DNA of 64,000 nt, taken from Promethearchaeia archaeon. Lineage in GTDB: Archaea > Asgardarchaeota > Lokiarchaeia > Sigyniarchaeales > SOKP01. This document shows, piece after piece, positions 10,316 through 20,654 of this stretch. The notes under the pieces were generated by a model. It saw only the letters and a list, made by a program, of their open reading frames with translations. It was not told the origin of the DNA and did no database searches. Position 1 is the stretch's first letter, and the number at the start of each line of letters is the position of its first letter. The translations under genes and the position numbers were made by a program. The stretch is taken from contig JAHQWJ010000007.1 in NCBI GenBank assembly GCA_029856125.1, forward strand, positions 1 to 64,000, read 5' to 3'.

Positions 10316-11611
10316 ATGAACTTACCCGCGATTCTGTTGATCTTGGTTTTATTTGCCATTTTGATGGCGTTTTTTTCTCAACAAAAAATCGATTATTTTC
10401 CAATTGCTCTAATCATAGGGGCTATCGCTGTGGTTTCAATGCTTACGTTTGGCGGCGTTTCCGAGACAGAAATCATTGGTTTCGTCAATTTTAACGCGTT
10501 GATCTTCATATTCGCCATGCAAATAATCATTCATTTTGCTACTCGTAACCGTGTTTTAGATTATGTCGCAATCAAATTAATCCATATTACGAAAGGAGAC
10601 AATCGGTTGTTTTTTTATATGATTTGCTTGTTTACAGGCACCTTAGTAGCTTTTATAGAAGATTTAACACTTGCGTTGATATTAGTTCCTCTCATCTTCA
10701 GGACGTGTCGAGCTTTAGAGATTCCTTCTGGAAGTTATATGATGGGGATGACCATCACGATAAATATTGGTGCAATTCTCACACCTGTATCAAGTTTAAA
10801 AAATTTGATAATCGGTGAGGAATTTGGGTGGGGTTTTGGCGAGTATTTAGCCAATATGGGTATTTTATATCTGATAGCGCTAATTTCTACCATATTTTTA
10901 ATGGATTGGTTTATAATAAGGAAGGAAGAACAACCAACGGAAAAAAATAAAAAGATCCTTTTATCAATGCTCGACCCTGGAATTGTCATAGAAAATAAGT
11001 TGTATTTTTTAACGACGGTTATCGTAATTCTAGCTTCTTTTGTGTTAATGATTTTAGGATTTAGTCCCACACTTGTCGCGATCGTGTCTGCGGCAATTTT
11101 TCTGCTTATTCACTCAAAAACTTCTAATTTCTCTGATCTTAAGAACGAAATCGAGTGGAAAATCATCATTGTCTTTGCAATTTTGTTTATTCTTTCGAAT
11201 TCTTTATCATTTTTTGGCTTATCGGAGTTAATCTCTACTGGGCTTCTTAGCGTGGTAAACGATAATATTTTTCTGGCTGTACTGATAACTTTAGGCATTT
11301 CATCTTTCCTGTCTGCAATTCTTGCGGGGACGCCTGTTACCATTATCCTCCTCCCGATTTTTGCTACTATCGTAGGAAAAGGATTCTTTCCCAATCCAAT
11401 CATCATAGCCTTTATAGCCGGAGTTAATATGGCTGGTAACTTTTTACCGCAAGGTTCAGCGTGTGATCTTCTCACCCTCTCGTTGGCAAAAAAACACAAA
11501 GTGGTGAATCTAGATTACAAGCGTTTACTCAAAAATGGCTCTCTTTTCGCAACTCTTCACTTTATCATTGTTTTAGGATATACTATGATTTATACTTTAA
11601 TTTTAATGTAA
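10316..11611 (+). CDS. ArsB/NhaD/SLC13 (ion transporter superfamily) permease
   Basis: About 11-12 TMs; NIGAILTPVSS..N and NMAGNFLPQGS repeats. Confidence 0.8.
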   Translation: MNLPAILLILVLFAILMAFFSQQKIDYFPIALIIGAIAVVSMLTFGGVSETEIIGFVNFNALIFIFAMQIIIHFATRNRVLDYVAIKLIHITKGDNRLFFYMICLFTGTLVAFIEDLTLALILVPLIFRTCRALEIPSGSYMMGMTITINIGAILTPVSSLKNLIIGEEFGWGFGEYLANMGILYLIALISTIFLMDWFIIRKEEQPTEKNKKILLSMLDPGIVIENKLYFLTTVIVILASFVLMILGFSPTLVAIVSAAIFLLIHSKTSNFSDLKNEIEWKIIIVFAILFILSNSLSFFGLSELISTGLLSVVNDNIFLAVLITLGISSFLSAILAGTPVTIILLPIFATIVGKGFFPNPIIIAFIAGVNMAGNFLPQGSACDLLTLSLAKKHKVVNLDYKRLLKNGSLFATLHFIIVLGYTMIYTLILM

Positions 11612-11789
11612 AAGAATAAAACCTAGAAAATTCACCGACTATCTTTGACAATAAGAATCTTTCTACTCTTTTTAAAAATTAAAAACAAGAAATCTTTATA
11701 AATTCTGAAAAATTCACAGTTTTGTAAATTTATAACCGGTTGAAATCCGACATAAATTATTCAAAATTAAAACAAAAAGGTATGATGTA

Positions 11790-12188
11790 ATGACTGAAAT
11801 TCAAAAACTAACCAAAATTTCCTTACTTTTGGATGTATTGGCAGGTTTTATTTTTGCCTTTCTATATTTGGTGATTCCCGATATTTACATATACGATTTA
11901 ACTCAGTGGCCATTTAATGATCCAATTTACTTTAGGCTTTTTGGCGGAACTCTTTTAGTTCTTGGTTTGGCTTCACTTATGGCTTATTTTAAAAAGGAAT
12001 GGGAAGAAATAAAACTATTATACGAGTTAGCCTTGATGTGGTTATTAATGGTAACAATCATTAATATTTTTGAGTTAGCGCTATTATCTTTACCCGCCAT
12101 GGCCCTTACGAATACAATTGTCAATACTATTCTCGTAGCAATCTATTTAATCCTAGGGATATACTGCTGGATAAAACAAAGAGGTTAA
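11790..12188 (+). CDS. 4-TM hypothetical membrane protein
   Basis: WPFNDPIYFRLFGG motif; hydrophobic; followed by T-tract. Confidence 0.65.
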   Translation: MTEIQKLTKISLLLDVLAGFIFAFLYLVIPDIYIYDLTQWPFNDPIYFRLFGGTLLVLGLASLMAYFKKEWEEIKLLYELALMWLLMVTIINIFELALLSLPAMALTNTIVNTILVAIYLILGIYCWIKQRG

Positions 12189-12341
12189 ATTCAAAAATAT
12201 TATTCTTTTTTTTTTAATAGTCGATTTCTAGGGATTACTTTTTGTATTTCAAGTTTTAGAAGAAAATAAATGCTTTTTTATAATTAGATTAAAATACGCG
12301 AGTGCTGTAATTATATTTAACAAAATTTTGTGAAAAAGTGA

Positions 12342-13703
12342 ATGAATTTGAGTTATAAAAAATCAATCTTAGTTTTTTCTCTGCTTGTTTTGATGTCCAT
12401 TGGATTAGCGTCACTTTCATTTTCAAACCAAATTCCGAAATCAAGCGGTTCTACTCCGATGACGGGGGTAAAAGTTGATGGTACTATTACTGAACCTGAA
12501 TGGGACGGTCTTGACTGGAAGGTTCCGTTTTTCTTAGATATTGACGATGCTGGAAATCCCCCTGATACTGACGGATATAATTACTTGTATTTGGGAGAAG
12601 ATTTAACTAATATTTATGTTGGCTTAGATCTTTGTAGCGATAAAACGGGGGGTACTAACGGTGAATGGGTTAGCGTTTGGTTAAATACGAACAATCGAAC
12701 ATTTTCAGGTTATGATGAATGGGAATCGTGCTTTGATGATGGAGTAGAATCTTTAGTTTATGACGTAGAAAAATCTCAGGAATGGGAATTTCTTTCAAAT
12801 ACCATAGGCGGTGCAACGATGCGCGTAAATGATGATTCAGAGTATGCCGCTACATATGGTACTATTGATGGGAATACCACGCATTTATATAATCTGAATG
12901 GAGAATTCTTTAATATAACCTCAGAATATGTGGGCGGTAACTATGTAAGCTGGGTCGAATTCAATGTGAATACAACTAAATGGTTTAGCATCTTTGAAGA
13001 GATTTTTACTGCTAATATCCTTTGGATACAGTTTCAAATTTACACTAAGGCGAATACTTCAATCTCAGAACACTACCTCTATCTTGCTTACGATAATGGA
13101 ATTGTAAATCCGGTCGATGCCGATCAAGTCCGGCAGCTTAGCACTACCACAAGTTTGGAAGTGGTTCAATTTGATTATGGGGCCGCCAATCTCTCAGCTA
13201 ATCGCGAAATGAAGTTTGTGCTTTATGCCAATGACACTTCTCCTTTCATGACGCAAATTGATAGTCTTCATTTAAGTGTATACACTAATCAAACAAATAA
13301 CATGGCAACGGTATCTTACCCTTATACTTCAATAAATAATTACGATATTGAGTGGTCCTTTGGTCCAAGTGCAAATAACGCATCAGACCATAGGATGTAC
13401 GAAATGAAGATTCCAAAAAGCGAATTAGAACATTACGACCCTAACGAAGCTTTAGGTATACAAGTAGGTGGTTATGGAACTATGACATTTGTCGATACAA
13501 CTTGGTGGGTATTTTCAACTACGGATGTTAACTTATTAGTACAATACAGCAATCGATATCTTTTTTACGATATGCAAGGGTGTGAAACAGCTACGACTCC
13601 TCCTGGTCCTGCGATTTCGGGCTACCAATTGTATCTATTTTTCAGCGTTATTGGATTTACATCAATCCTGTTAATCAGAAGGAAGTATCGAAATCTTAAC
13701 TAA
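12342..13703 (+). CDS. Secreted surface protein, DOMON/CBM9-like, with C-terminal Loki-CTERM-like sorting signal
   Basis: Signal peptide; VKVDGTITEPEW; many N-x-S/T sequons; ends TTPPGPAISGY-TM-RRKYR. Confidence 0.65.
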   Translation: MNLSYKKSILVFSLLVLMSIGLASLSFSNQIPKSSGSTPMTGVKVDGTITEPEWDGLDWKVPFFLDIDDAGNPPDTDGYNYLYLGEDLTNIYVGLDLCSDKTGGTNGEWVSVWLNTNNRTFSGYDEWESCFDDGVESLVYDVEKSQEWEFLSNTIGGATMRVNDDSEYAATYGTIDGNTTHLYNLNGEFFNITSEYVGGNYVSWVEFNVNTTKWFSIFEEIFTANILWIQFQIYTKANTSISEHYLYLAYDNGIVNPVDADQVRQLSTTTSLEVVQFDYGAANLSANREMKFVLYANDTSPFMTQIDSLHLSVYTNQTNNMATVSYPYTSINNYDIEWSFGPSANNASDHRMYEMKIPKSELEHYDPNEALGIQVGGYGTMTFVDTTWWVFSTTDVNLLVQYSNRYLFYDMQGCETATTPPGPAISGYQLYLFFSVIGFTSILLIRRKYRNLN

Positions 13704-13742
13704 ATTTTTTTTCTTTTATTTGTTTTTTCTTCGAAATTCGGT

Positions 13743-14633
13743 TTAATGTGCCAATTTCTCTTTTATCTGAGCAACTAACTTCTCACTCTCTTCAGAATCA
13801 GTTAAAAATTCAATATCCAAGGGTGATGTAACCCCTAAACCTAATTCAACGGCTCTTTTAATTTGATCCTGTTCAAAAATAGGACCATTGGTAACCTCTG
13901 GTGTAGTTCCTAAAATTCTCAATATCGCTACGCCCACAGCGTCGATTGCAATTTTGTCTATGCCCGCAACGAAAACATTTCCCTCTACTCGAGTTCCTTC
14001 CATAGGTCCACGATCGACAAAAGTAATAACGCCGTCCATGACGATTAAGTCAGGTTTATAAACAGAATTTATTTCAGCAATCATCTCTCTCTGATGCTCC
14101 GAGGAATGTAGTTCAGACATGTTTTTCTTATTGACAATTCCCACAGCGTTCTTAAGCGACAAGGTAAAGTGTCCACCATACATATGAGTCTTTAAACAAC
14201 ATGTTTCTATAATACATTCCGCTTCATCGTATATTTTCGCAAAAAAGAATCCATCTCTCCAATGGCTACCCTCTGGTTTTTTGAGGACGTATTCTTCTCG
14301 GGGTATTCTTGTTAAATCAACGACCGTGAAATCCAATTCTTTTGCTAACGCATTCAAGCCCTTTTTTTCAAAAACATCTGAAGTTTTAGCGGGGCCGGCT
14401 CGCTCTGCAATTGTTATTGATTTCGCTCCCATTTCTTTTAACTTAATAATAAGATGCTTTATAGTTTGCATTGAGCTTGAAGCCGGAGGAGGGTCCGCAG
14501 TATTAAAATTTGGCTTGAAAATTACATCTTTGCCTTTAACGGGATTTAATCCTAACAATTCGATGGATTTATTTACTCCATATACGCGATCGTTTGTAGA
14601 AATAACAGCAACTTTAGTCATAGTATCCACCAT
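13743..14633 (-). CDS. DUF362 domain protein
   Basis: VIFKPNFN, CLKTH...FTLSLKNAVG, KPDLIVMDG, IAIDAVG. Confidence 0.88.
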   Translation of the reverse strand: MVDTMTKVAVISTNDRVYGVNKSIELLGLNPVKGKDVIFKPNFNTADPPPASSSMQTIKHLIIKLKEMGAKSITIAERAGPAKTSDVFEKKGLNALAKELDFTVVDLTRIPREEYVLKKPEGSHWRDGFFFAKIYDEAECIIETCCLKTHMYGGHFTLSLKNAVGIVNKKNMSELHSSEHQREMIAEINSVYKPDLIVMDGVITFVDRGPMEGTRVEGNVFVAGIDKIAIDAVGVAILRILGTTPEVTNGPIFEQDQIKRAVELGLGVTSPLDIEFLTDSEESEKLVAQIKEKLAH

Positions 14634-14709
14634 ATAGTAGATGGCATAATGTATGTCAACAAATAAAATTTGTCAGTCAATTCATATCTTCTGGAATAGT
14701 GAGAATTTT

Positions 14710-15567
14710 CTAGCTTAATATTCTATTGAGCTTATTTCCAAGAACTTCAGGAATTTCGCCTAAATACGAGTTAAGATCGCAAAAAAGCAAATAAAGGTAA
14801 GGTTCAAATAAACCTTCAATAGTTGGACCTACATCCGATTTATAGATGTAGACCCATATTTGCTCACCAGCGTGAGTTGACTGGCGATAAACCCAATTTA
14901 ACGGTGGAATTTCTGGAACATTTCCAATATTTCTTAAAATCTCGTGGATATCGTCAAATGAATATTTTTTACCGAGGATCATTATAGGCGAAAGGTCGAA
15001 TGACGTAATACAAACATCCCTTAAGCCGTAATTTTTCATCTCTCTCAGAAAATCGTTTCCTAATTTTTTTATTTGAGTCTTATGCTTACTAACCCTGCTT
15101 TTAGCTTCAAAGTCGGTTAAAATATTGTGGATTTTTTCTTCTTGAACGGGCAATATCTCGATAGCAGATTCTAAAGGGATTTTATACGTAATGAGCGAAT
15201 CGTAAATAAGCTTAATTTTTGCGTACACTGATTTATGAAATAAATACGACTCTGTTTGACATGTGATTAATACATCTCCAAAAAATTTTGTTTTATCTTT
15301 TTCAAAGTCTAGCGAGTCGTCAGAATTAAATTCTAGGACATGAATGTTCTTAGACATAGCCCGTGCGAATTTAAATAATGCTGAAACTAACCCGGCATTT
15401 AATTCAAAAGAATCCGATACCTCAAAATCGGATTGAGGTTTTAGCTCTTCTTTCGAAAAATCAAAAAATCGCAAATATAATTTGATACCGTTTGGAGCTT
15501 CTTTTACAACCAAATTATAATAAGGAAATCCATTACTTGTAATAACCGAAATATTATAGATAGTCAA
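14710..15567 (-). CDS. Longin-like domain protein (Asgard-type), TTG start
   Basis: IYNISVITSNGFPYY...LNAGLVSALFKFARAM longin pattern; second alpha/beta domain. Confidence 0.55.
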   Translation of the reverse strand: MTIYNISVITSNGFPYYNLVVKEAPNGIKLYLRFFDFSKEELKPQSDFEVSDSFELNAGLVSALFKFARAMSKNIHVLEFNSDDSLDFEKDKTKFFGDVLITCQTESYLFHKSVYAKIKLIYDSLITYKIPLESAIEILPVQEEKIHNILTDFEAKSRVSKHKTQIKKLGNDFLREMKNYGLRDVCITSFDLSPIMILGKKYSFDDIHEILRNIGNVPEIPPLNWVYRQSTHAGEQIWVYIYKSDVGPTIEGLFEPYLYLLFCDLNSYLGEIPEVLGNKLNRILS

Positions 15568-15658
15568 CTATTCATAGTATAAAAATATGATTTTAAATAG
15601 TTTTAGTTTGATTTTAGAGTTTATAGTGAAATCTAACACAAAGTCAAAAAATAATATC

Positions 15659-17062
15659 TTATTCAATCCGAACATCCTGTGCTTTGAGGGCTTCTTGAAC
15701 CTTCGTAATATTAACATCCCTGCAAGAGACATTATCCTTTATAGAAATGGCCGCAGCTACTCCTGCTCCTTGACCTGTGACCATGCAGCAACAAATTTGA
15801 CGAGTTGCTGCGTGAGAAATCTTGTCTCCAGCAACACAGCGACCAGCTACTAGTAGGTTTTCTATTTTCTGTGGAACGATAATCCCATATGGCACTTGAA
15901 AATAACGACCAGTTGTAGGCATAACCGCAATTCCATAACCATCTATGAATTCAGGGCATATCCCAATTGAATTATCGAATCGAGCCTCGTTTCTTATGTC
16001 ATGTTCCGTGATCTCGTATTCCCCAATAATTTTTCGCGATTCTCTAGTTCCCAAGGACGACCCAATTGTTCTAAGCCTTGCTTTTTTAAATCCGGGAGTA
16101 TACTTTTTTAGGGCATTAACCGCCCACAATACTCTTTTTCTACCTTCAATTTCAGCTTGAGTCAAATCCCACACATTAGTAGGGTCAATATCTTTCATGT
16201 GTATGCCGTTAAAGGATGTAATTTCTCCTGCATCGGTATAATTAGTCCAATAACTTTCAATATTAACGTCTTTTGGAATCTCACCTGCCTCTTTAGCTTT
16301 GTTAAAGGGTTCAACTAAGTATGTACTAAAGGAATTTTCTTCCTTTCCAGTAGTTTCGCCCCAATCACCAATACTACCCGGATTTAGGTATACATACATA
16401 AGAAATTTACCGATGTTGATCCCACTACAACCCCAATTAACGGTTACTCCCATTAATTCGTTCTTTGGACTTTGTCGAAAAGGTACACCGGAATGAAATG
16501 CTATATCTGCGTCTCCAGTGGCATCTATTACTCTTTTTGCTAAAATAGCCTGTCTCCCCGATTTACTTTCCGTTATAATCCCTTTAATAGTCTGATTTTC
16601 AATTATTGCATCAACAGCTGAGCAATGGAGTAAGGGTGTAATGTTTGCATCTTGTACGAGCTTGTCTGCTATATGTTTAAACATTTCAGTATCCAGGACT
16701 TCATAGGTTGGTTCCCCATTAACTATTAATCCCTCCTCTTCTAATGTTTTTACCATATCTTTATTCTTCACATTTCCGAATATATTGATGCTTCCATTCA
16801 TGCTTTTCGCTAATGTTTCGAATTCTAAACCGATTCCACCAGCATCAACTGTTTTAGCATATCGATACCAAGCAATAGTTCCGATCATTGCTTGCGTTAT
16901 AACTCCTCCGAAACAGCCGTAGCGTTCAATAAGTATTGTATTTACTCCTTCTCTTGCAGCGGCGATGGAAGCAGAAAGTCCCGCTGGCCCTCCTCCTACG
17001 ATTAATACATCAGTTTCTGCCAAAACGGGTGTTTTTCTTGAAGGTTCTTCTATTATATTCAT
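15659..17062 (-). CDS. FAD-dependent oxidoreductase (FAD_oxidored family)
   Basis: DVLIVGGGPAG, IDATGDADIA, GTRESRKI, FQVPYGIIVP, AGRC; ATG at 17062 has an SD. Confidence 0.88.
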   Translation of the reverse strand: MNIIEEPSRKTPVLAETDVLIVGGGPAGLSASIAAAREGVNTILIERYGCFGGVITQAMIGTIAWYRYAKTVDAGGIGLEFETLAKSMNGSINIFGNVKNKDMVKTLEEEGLIVNGEPTYEVLDTEMFKHIADKLVQDANITPLLHCSAVDAIIENQTIKGIITESKSGRQAILAKRVIDATGDADIAFHSGVPFRQSPKNELMGVTVNWGCSGINIGKFLMYVYLNPGSIGDWGETTGKEENSFSTYLVEPFNKAKEAGEIPKDVNIESYWTNYTDAGEITSFNGIHMKDIDPTNVWDLTQAEIEGRKRVLWAVNALKKYTPGFKKARLRTIGSSLGTRESRKIIGEYEITEHDIRNEARFDNSIGICPEFIDGYGIAVMPTTGRYFQVPYGIIVPQKIENLLVAGRCVAGDKISHAATRQICCCMVTGQGAGVAAAISIKDNVSCRDVNITKVQEALKAQDVRIE

Positions 17063-17187
17063 GATTTTTCCCCTATAACTAAACACATGTATATGGGAAA
17101 TCTTACATTATTATATGAGTTTTAAGGATTTTCAGAACGATTTACATTATAATTTCATTTATATATTGCTTTGATTTATTTATTTTT

Positions 17188-18348
17188 ATGAGTATACTAA
17201 ACTCTTTTATTAATTTTGAGCTTAAACTAAAACAATACAAATTGCAATTCGTTTTTCTTTTCCTATTTTGGTTTGCAGGTTTTGTTTTCTTTCTTTTTAC
17301 AGAGCCCGGCTCGAGTTTTGGCGAATTAGTCTTATATTCCTTAACTGTGCGTTCCCCCCTAAATGCAGGGGATGGTGCAAATTTTTATTCGCTAATTTGG
17401 CCAATTTTATTGGAAGTGATCGTCTTTGGTTTTATTATGGGGGAATTATTAGAAAAATATAATCCGCTCATTACAAGCAGAATCCTCGCAAAACATAAAC
17501 GCAACCATATAGTAATTATAGGGCACCATCATTTATCAGAGAGAATTATTGAATTTTGTATTGCTAATAAAGAACCGTTTTGTATTATTGAAGATAACGA
17601 AGAATTAGTAGAGGATTTAATCAACTCGGGTTATCCAGTGGTAATTGGGGACCCTACAGAGGCAGCCAACCTTGCGTTTGCCAGTATAAATCGAGCAAAA
17701 GAGGTCTTTATTGGTATTGATGATGCTAGGATTGCGATAATCTGTACAGAAAAGATTCGCAAAACTAACCAGGAATGCCCAATTTATGTACGCGCTTTTG
17801 AGGATCATGTGCAAGAATATCTTAAACAACCTCCATTAAACGCAATTCCTTTTTCCACCTCAAAATGGGCTATGGATGGTATTCGAGAGTGGATCAAAGG
17901 GAAAAAAGGTAAAGCAATCGTAATCGGACGAGATAGTTTGACTCATCGAATTGCTTATACTATTTCTTTACAACCCGATCGGGAAGTGTTCCTTTTTGAT
18001 GATGAGCACGACGGTATCGAGTTTAATGTAAATGATCAATTACATATTCAAAACGAGTTTGCCCGTTTTTTAAGTGATTTGAAAGCCCACTTAAAGTTAG
18101 AGGAAGTTACTCAAGCTTTTATTTGCTGGAAACAAGATTCGGAGTTTGATGAATCGCTTTATCTTACATCCAAGTTATCATTACGTTATCCTCATATAGA
18201 AATATTTGTAAGAATTTTTGACGAAGAACTCATCGATTTAGTTGAAAACTATAATGCAACAACTTTTTCAACTTCCTCCAATGCTTTCAAGATGCTTCAG
18301 AAACTAGTGAATTCTTCTTCTGTAATAGCTCCTAAACTCGAAGAGTGA
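17188..18348 (+). CDS. 2-TM protein with tandem RCK/TrkA-N domains (K+ channel-like)
   Basis: N-terminal TM-loop-TM; HIVIIGHHH...VVIGDPT; second Rossmann-like domain KAIVIGRD. Confidence 0.7.
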   Translation: MSILNSFINFELKLKQYKLQFVFLFLFWFAGFVFFLFTEPGSSFGELVLYSLTVRSPLNAGDGANFYSLIWPILLEVIVFGFIMGELLEKYNPLITSRILAKHKRNHIVIIGHHHLSERIIEFCIANKEPFCIIEDNEELVEDLINSGYPVVIGDPTEAANLAFASINRAKEVFIGIDDARIAIICTEKIRKTNQECPIYVRAFEDHVQEYLKQPPLNAIPFSTSKWAMDGIREWIKGKKGKAIVIGRDSLTHRIAYTISLQPDREVFLFDDEHDGIEFNVNDQLHIQNEFARFLSDLKAHLKLEEVTQAFICWKQDSEFDESLYLTSKLSLRYPHIEIFVRIFDEELIDLVENYNATTFSTSSNAFKMLQKLVNSSSVIAPKLEE

Positions 18349-18496
18349 CCTTCAAAATATTTGTAATCCTTTTTTTTTCGTTGAGTAATAAATCTTCGAT
18401 TTATCAAATATAGGAAAAAAATTGATAAATTTTACAAAATTTGAAAATGTATCAAATATTAGGTAAATAACCAAAAACGAGTTGAGGATACAAACT

Positions 18497-19333
18497 ATGA
18501 GTATGGAAGGAAAGATCTGCATGATAACCGGTGCGAACTCCGGCATTGGTAAGGCTACAGCTATTGGTTTAGCAAAAATGAACGCAACATTAGTTATGTT
18601 ATGTCGCAATAAAGAGCGTGGAGAAGAGGCTCAAAAAGAAATAATTGAACTTACTGGAAATAATAATATTGATTTGTTTATATGCGATTTGTCATCTCTG
18701 AAAGAAATTCGCAATTTTGTGCCTGAATTCAAGAACAAATATCAAAATCTCCATGTTTTGATAAATAACGCTGGAGTTATGTTATCAAAAAAAAATATCT
18801 CTGCAGATGGATTTGAAATGAATTTTGCCGTTAACCATCTTGCACCTTTTTTGCTGACTAATTTGTTGCTTGATGTATTGAAAAAGTCAGCACCAAGTCG
18901 CATCATCAATGTGGGTTCAGCAGCACATAGAATGGGTAAGATTGATTTTGAGGACTTACAAAGAGAAAACAAGAAAGGACGGCCTATGGGGTTGTACGGA
19001 AGTTCAAAATTAGCAATGACTCTCGTATCTTATGAGCTTAGCAGAAAATTAGAAGGTTCTAATGTATCCGTAAATGTTGTCCACCCTGGGCTTATTAATA
19101 CTAATTTAGGTCGAGATCGGTCATCAACTAGTAAAGGTTTCGCAAGTAAATTTTTTAAAAGTCCAGAAATTGGTGCTGAAACTTCAATTTTCTTAGCGTC
19201 CTCACCTGAAGTGGAGGGAATTACTGGAAAATATTTCACTAAAAAAAAAACAAAACCTTCTTCTAAAGAATCTTATAATGAAGAATATGCTAAACGATTG
19301 TGGGATATCAGCTTAGAGATGACTAACCTTTAA
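18497..19333 (+). CDS. Short-chain dehydrogenase (retinol-DH/WWOX-like)
   Basis: TGANSGIG, LINNAG, YGSSK, VHPG. Confidence 0.92.
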   Translation: MSMEGKICMITGANSGIGKATAIGLAKMNATLVMLCRNKERGEEAQKEIIELTGNNNIDLFICDLSSLKEIRNFVPEFKNKYQNLHVLINNAGVMLSKKNISADGFEMNFAVNHLAPFLLTNLLLDVLKKSAPSRIINVGSAAHRMGKIDFEDLQRENKKGRPMGLYGSSKLAMTLVSYELSRKLEGSNVSVNVVHPGLINTNLGRDRSSTSKGFASKFFKSPEIGAETSIFLASSPEVEGITGKYFTKKKTKPSSKESYNEEYAKRLWDISLEMTNL

Positions 19334-19381
19334 AAAACAAAACCAAAAAATTCTCTATTTTAAAAATTTTTTTATATAGTT

Positions 19382-19618
19382 TTATTCTTCCCTCTCTTTT
19401 TTTTCAGCTAAAGCGAAACTGAGCACCCCTCCAACTACCATGAACACTAAATCAATGAATGCCGCGCTGCTGCTTAAATAAAAAGTATATACCCAATCCC
19501 ACTCGTCAATGTAAGAAAATATAGGAATAAATGTACCAATTATCCCTATTATTCCCGCAAGTAATAGAAATGTGTATCCCTCAAAATGGTCTCTAAAAAC
19601 TAAAACCGCCCCATACAT
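19382..19618 (-). pseudogene. Membrane protein fragment (probably N-terminally truncated) or small membrane protein
   Basis: Hydrophobic ORF abutting the PaaI stop; frame continues upstream only as ISALG before a stop. Confidence 0.4.
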
Positions 19619-19629
19619 ACCAAGAGCGC

Positions 19630-20055
19630 TTATTGGCGATTTTCTTCAATTTTTTCTTTAATTTTGAATATCGAATAAGTTCCTATAGCTTTTGCTACAA
19701 TTTGACCTTCGTTCAGTATATCTGAATCCAAAGTTACAATTTTTTTACCTCGATGTATTATTTTCGTGCTACACGTGAGCACACCAGTCCTAGTAGCCTT
19801 AAAGTAATTAATTTTGATTTCAATTGTTGCACAAATTTCGTTTTTACCCAAAATAGTATAAGTTGCCGCCCCCATCCCTGTATCTGCCATCGAGTATAAC
19901 ACACCTCCATGCACCACCTTGTGAGGATTTAATAGTTTGTCAACAACTTCTAAAGTGCATTGAGAATAACCTTTTTCGAGTTTAGTAAATTCTAATCCAA
20001 TTAATTCGGCAAAAGGATGGAACCCTTTATGATTCGGATGATCTATTTTAGGCAT
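19630..20055 (-). CDS. PaaI family hot-dog thioesterase
   Basis: NPHKVVHGGVLYSMADTGMG, TIEIKINY. Confidence 0.92.
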   Translation of the reverse strand: MPKIDHPNHKGFHPFAELIGLEFTKLEKGYSQCTLEVVDKLLNPHKVVHGGVLYSMADTGMGAATYTILGKNEICATIEIKINYFKATRTGVLTCSTKIIHRGKKIVTLDSDILNEGQIVAKAIGTYSIFKIKEKIEENRQ

Positions 20056-20120
20056 ATTAAAGATTAGTAGGTGGCGATGTAAAATAAGATTTTTATATTT
20101 GAAAAACGATAATATTTAAA

Positions 20121-20163
20121 TAATACGATATAGGATAGTACTATATAGGACAATAATACGATA
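20121..20163. promoter_or_regulatory. Tandem 15-bp repeats in the promoter of the PNPOx-marR operon (putative MarR operator)
   Basis: TAATACGATATAGGA / TAGTACTATATAGGA / TAATACGATA directly after TTTAAATA; includes palindrome ATAGTACTAT. Confidence 0.5.
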
Positions 20164-20174
20164 AAATTTAGAGA

Positions 20175-20654
20175 ATGAGAATAATGGGACTTGAAGAGGT
20201 GGAAAAGGTTAAAAAATCGGCATTAAAGCTAATATCAGAATCCAAAGCGGCTTACCTTACAACAATTGATTCGGATGGCTTTCCAATAACTAGAGCAATG
20301 TTTAATCTTAGAAATATAGAACAGTTTCCAGAATTTTCAGAATTTTTTCAAAAGCAAGAAGATATCTTTACAATCTATATCTCTACCAATACGTCATCCA
20401 CTAAAGTTGAACACCTAAAAAATAATCCTTTATTGTGCGTTTATTTTTGTGACGCAGACGATTTCCAAGGATTTATGCTAGGAGGTTCTGTTGAATTCAT
20501 CGATGACATTAACTTGAAACAAAAAATTTGGTTAGATTGGTGGACGAAATACTATCCAAAAGGAGTTAAAGATCCAGATTATACATTACTGCGATTGAAT
20601 CCTAAAACTGCGAGATATTATTACAAATTAAAACGGGTAAATTTCGAGTTATGA
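20175..20654 (+). CDS. Pyridoxamine 5'-phosphate oxidase / general stress protein 26-like
   Basis: LTTIDSDGFPITRAM, STNTSSTKV, YYPKGVKDPDYTLL. Confidence 0.85.
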   Translation: MRIMGLEEVEKVKKSALKLISESKAAYLTTIDSDGFPITRAMFNLRNIEQFPEFSEFFQKQEDIFTIYISTNTSSTKVEHLKNNPLLCVYFCDADDFQGFMLGGSVEFIDDINLKQKIWLDWWTKYYPKGVKDPDYTLLRLNPKTARYYYKLKRVNFEL

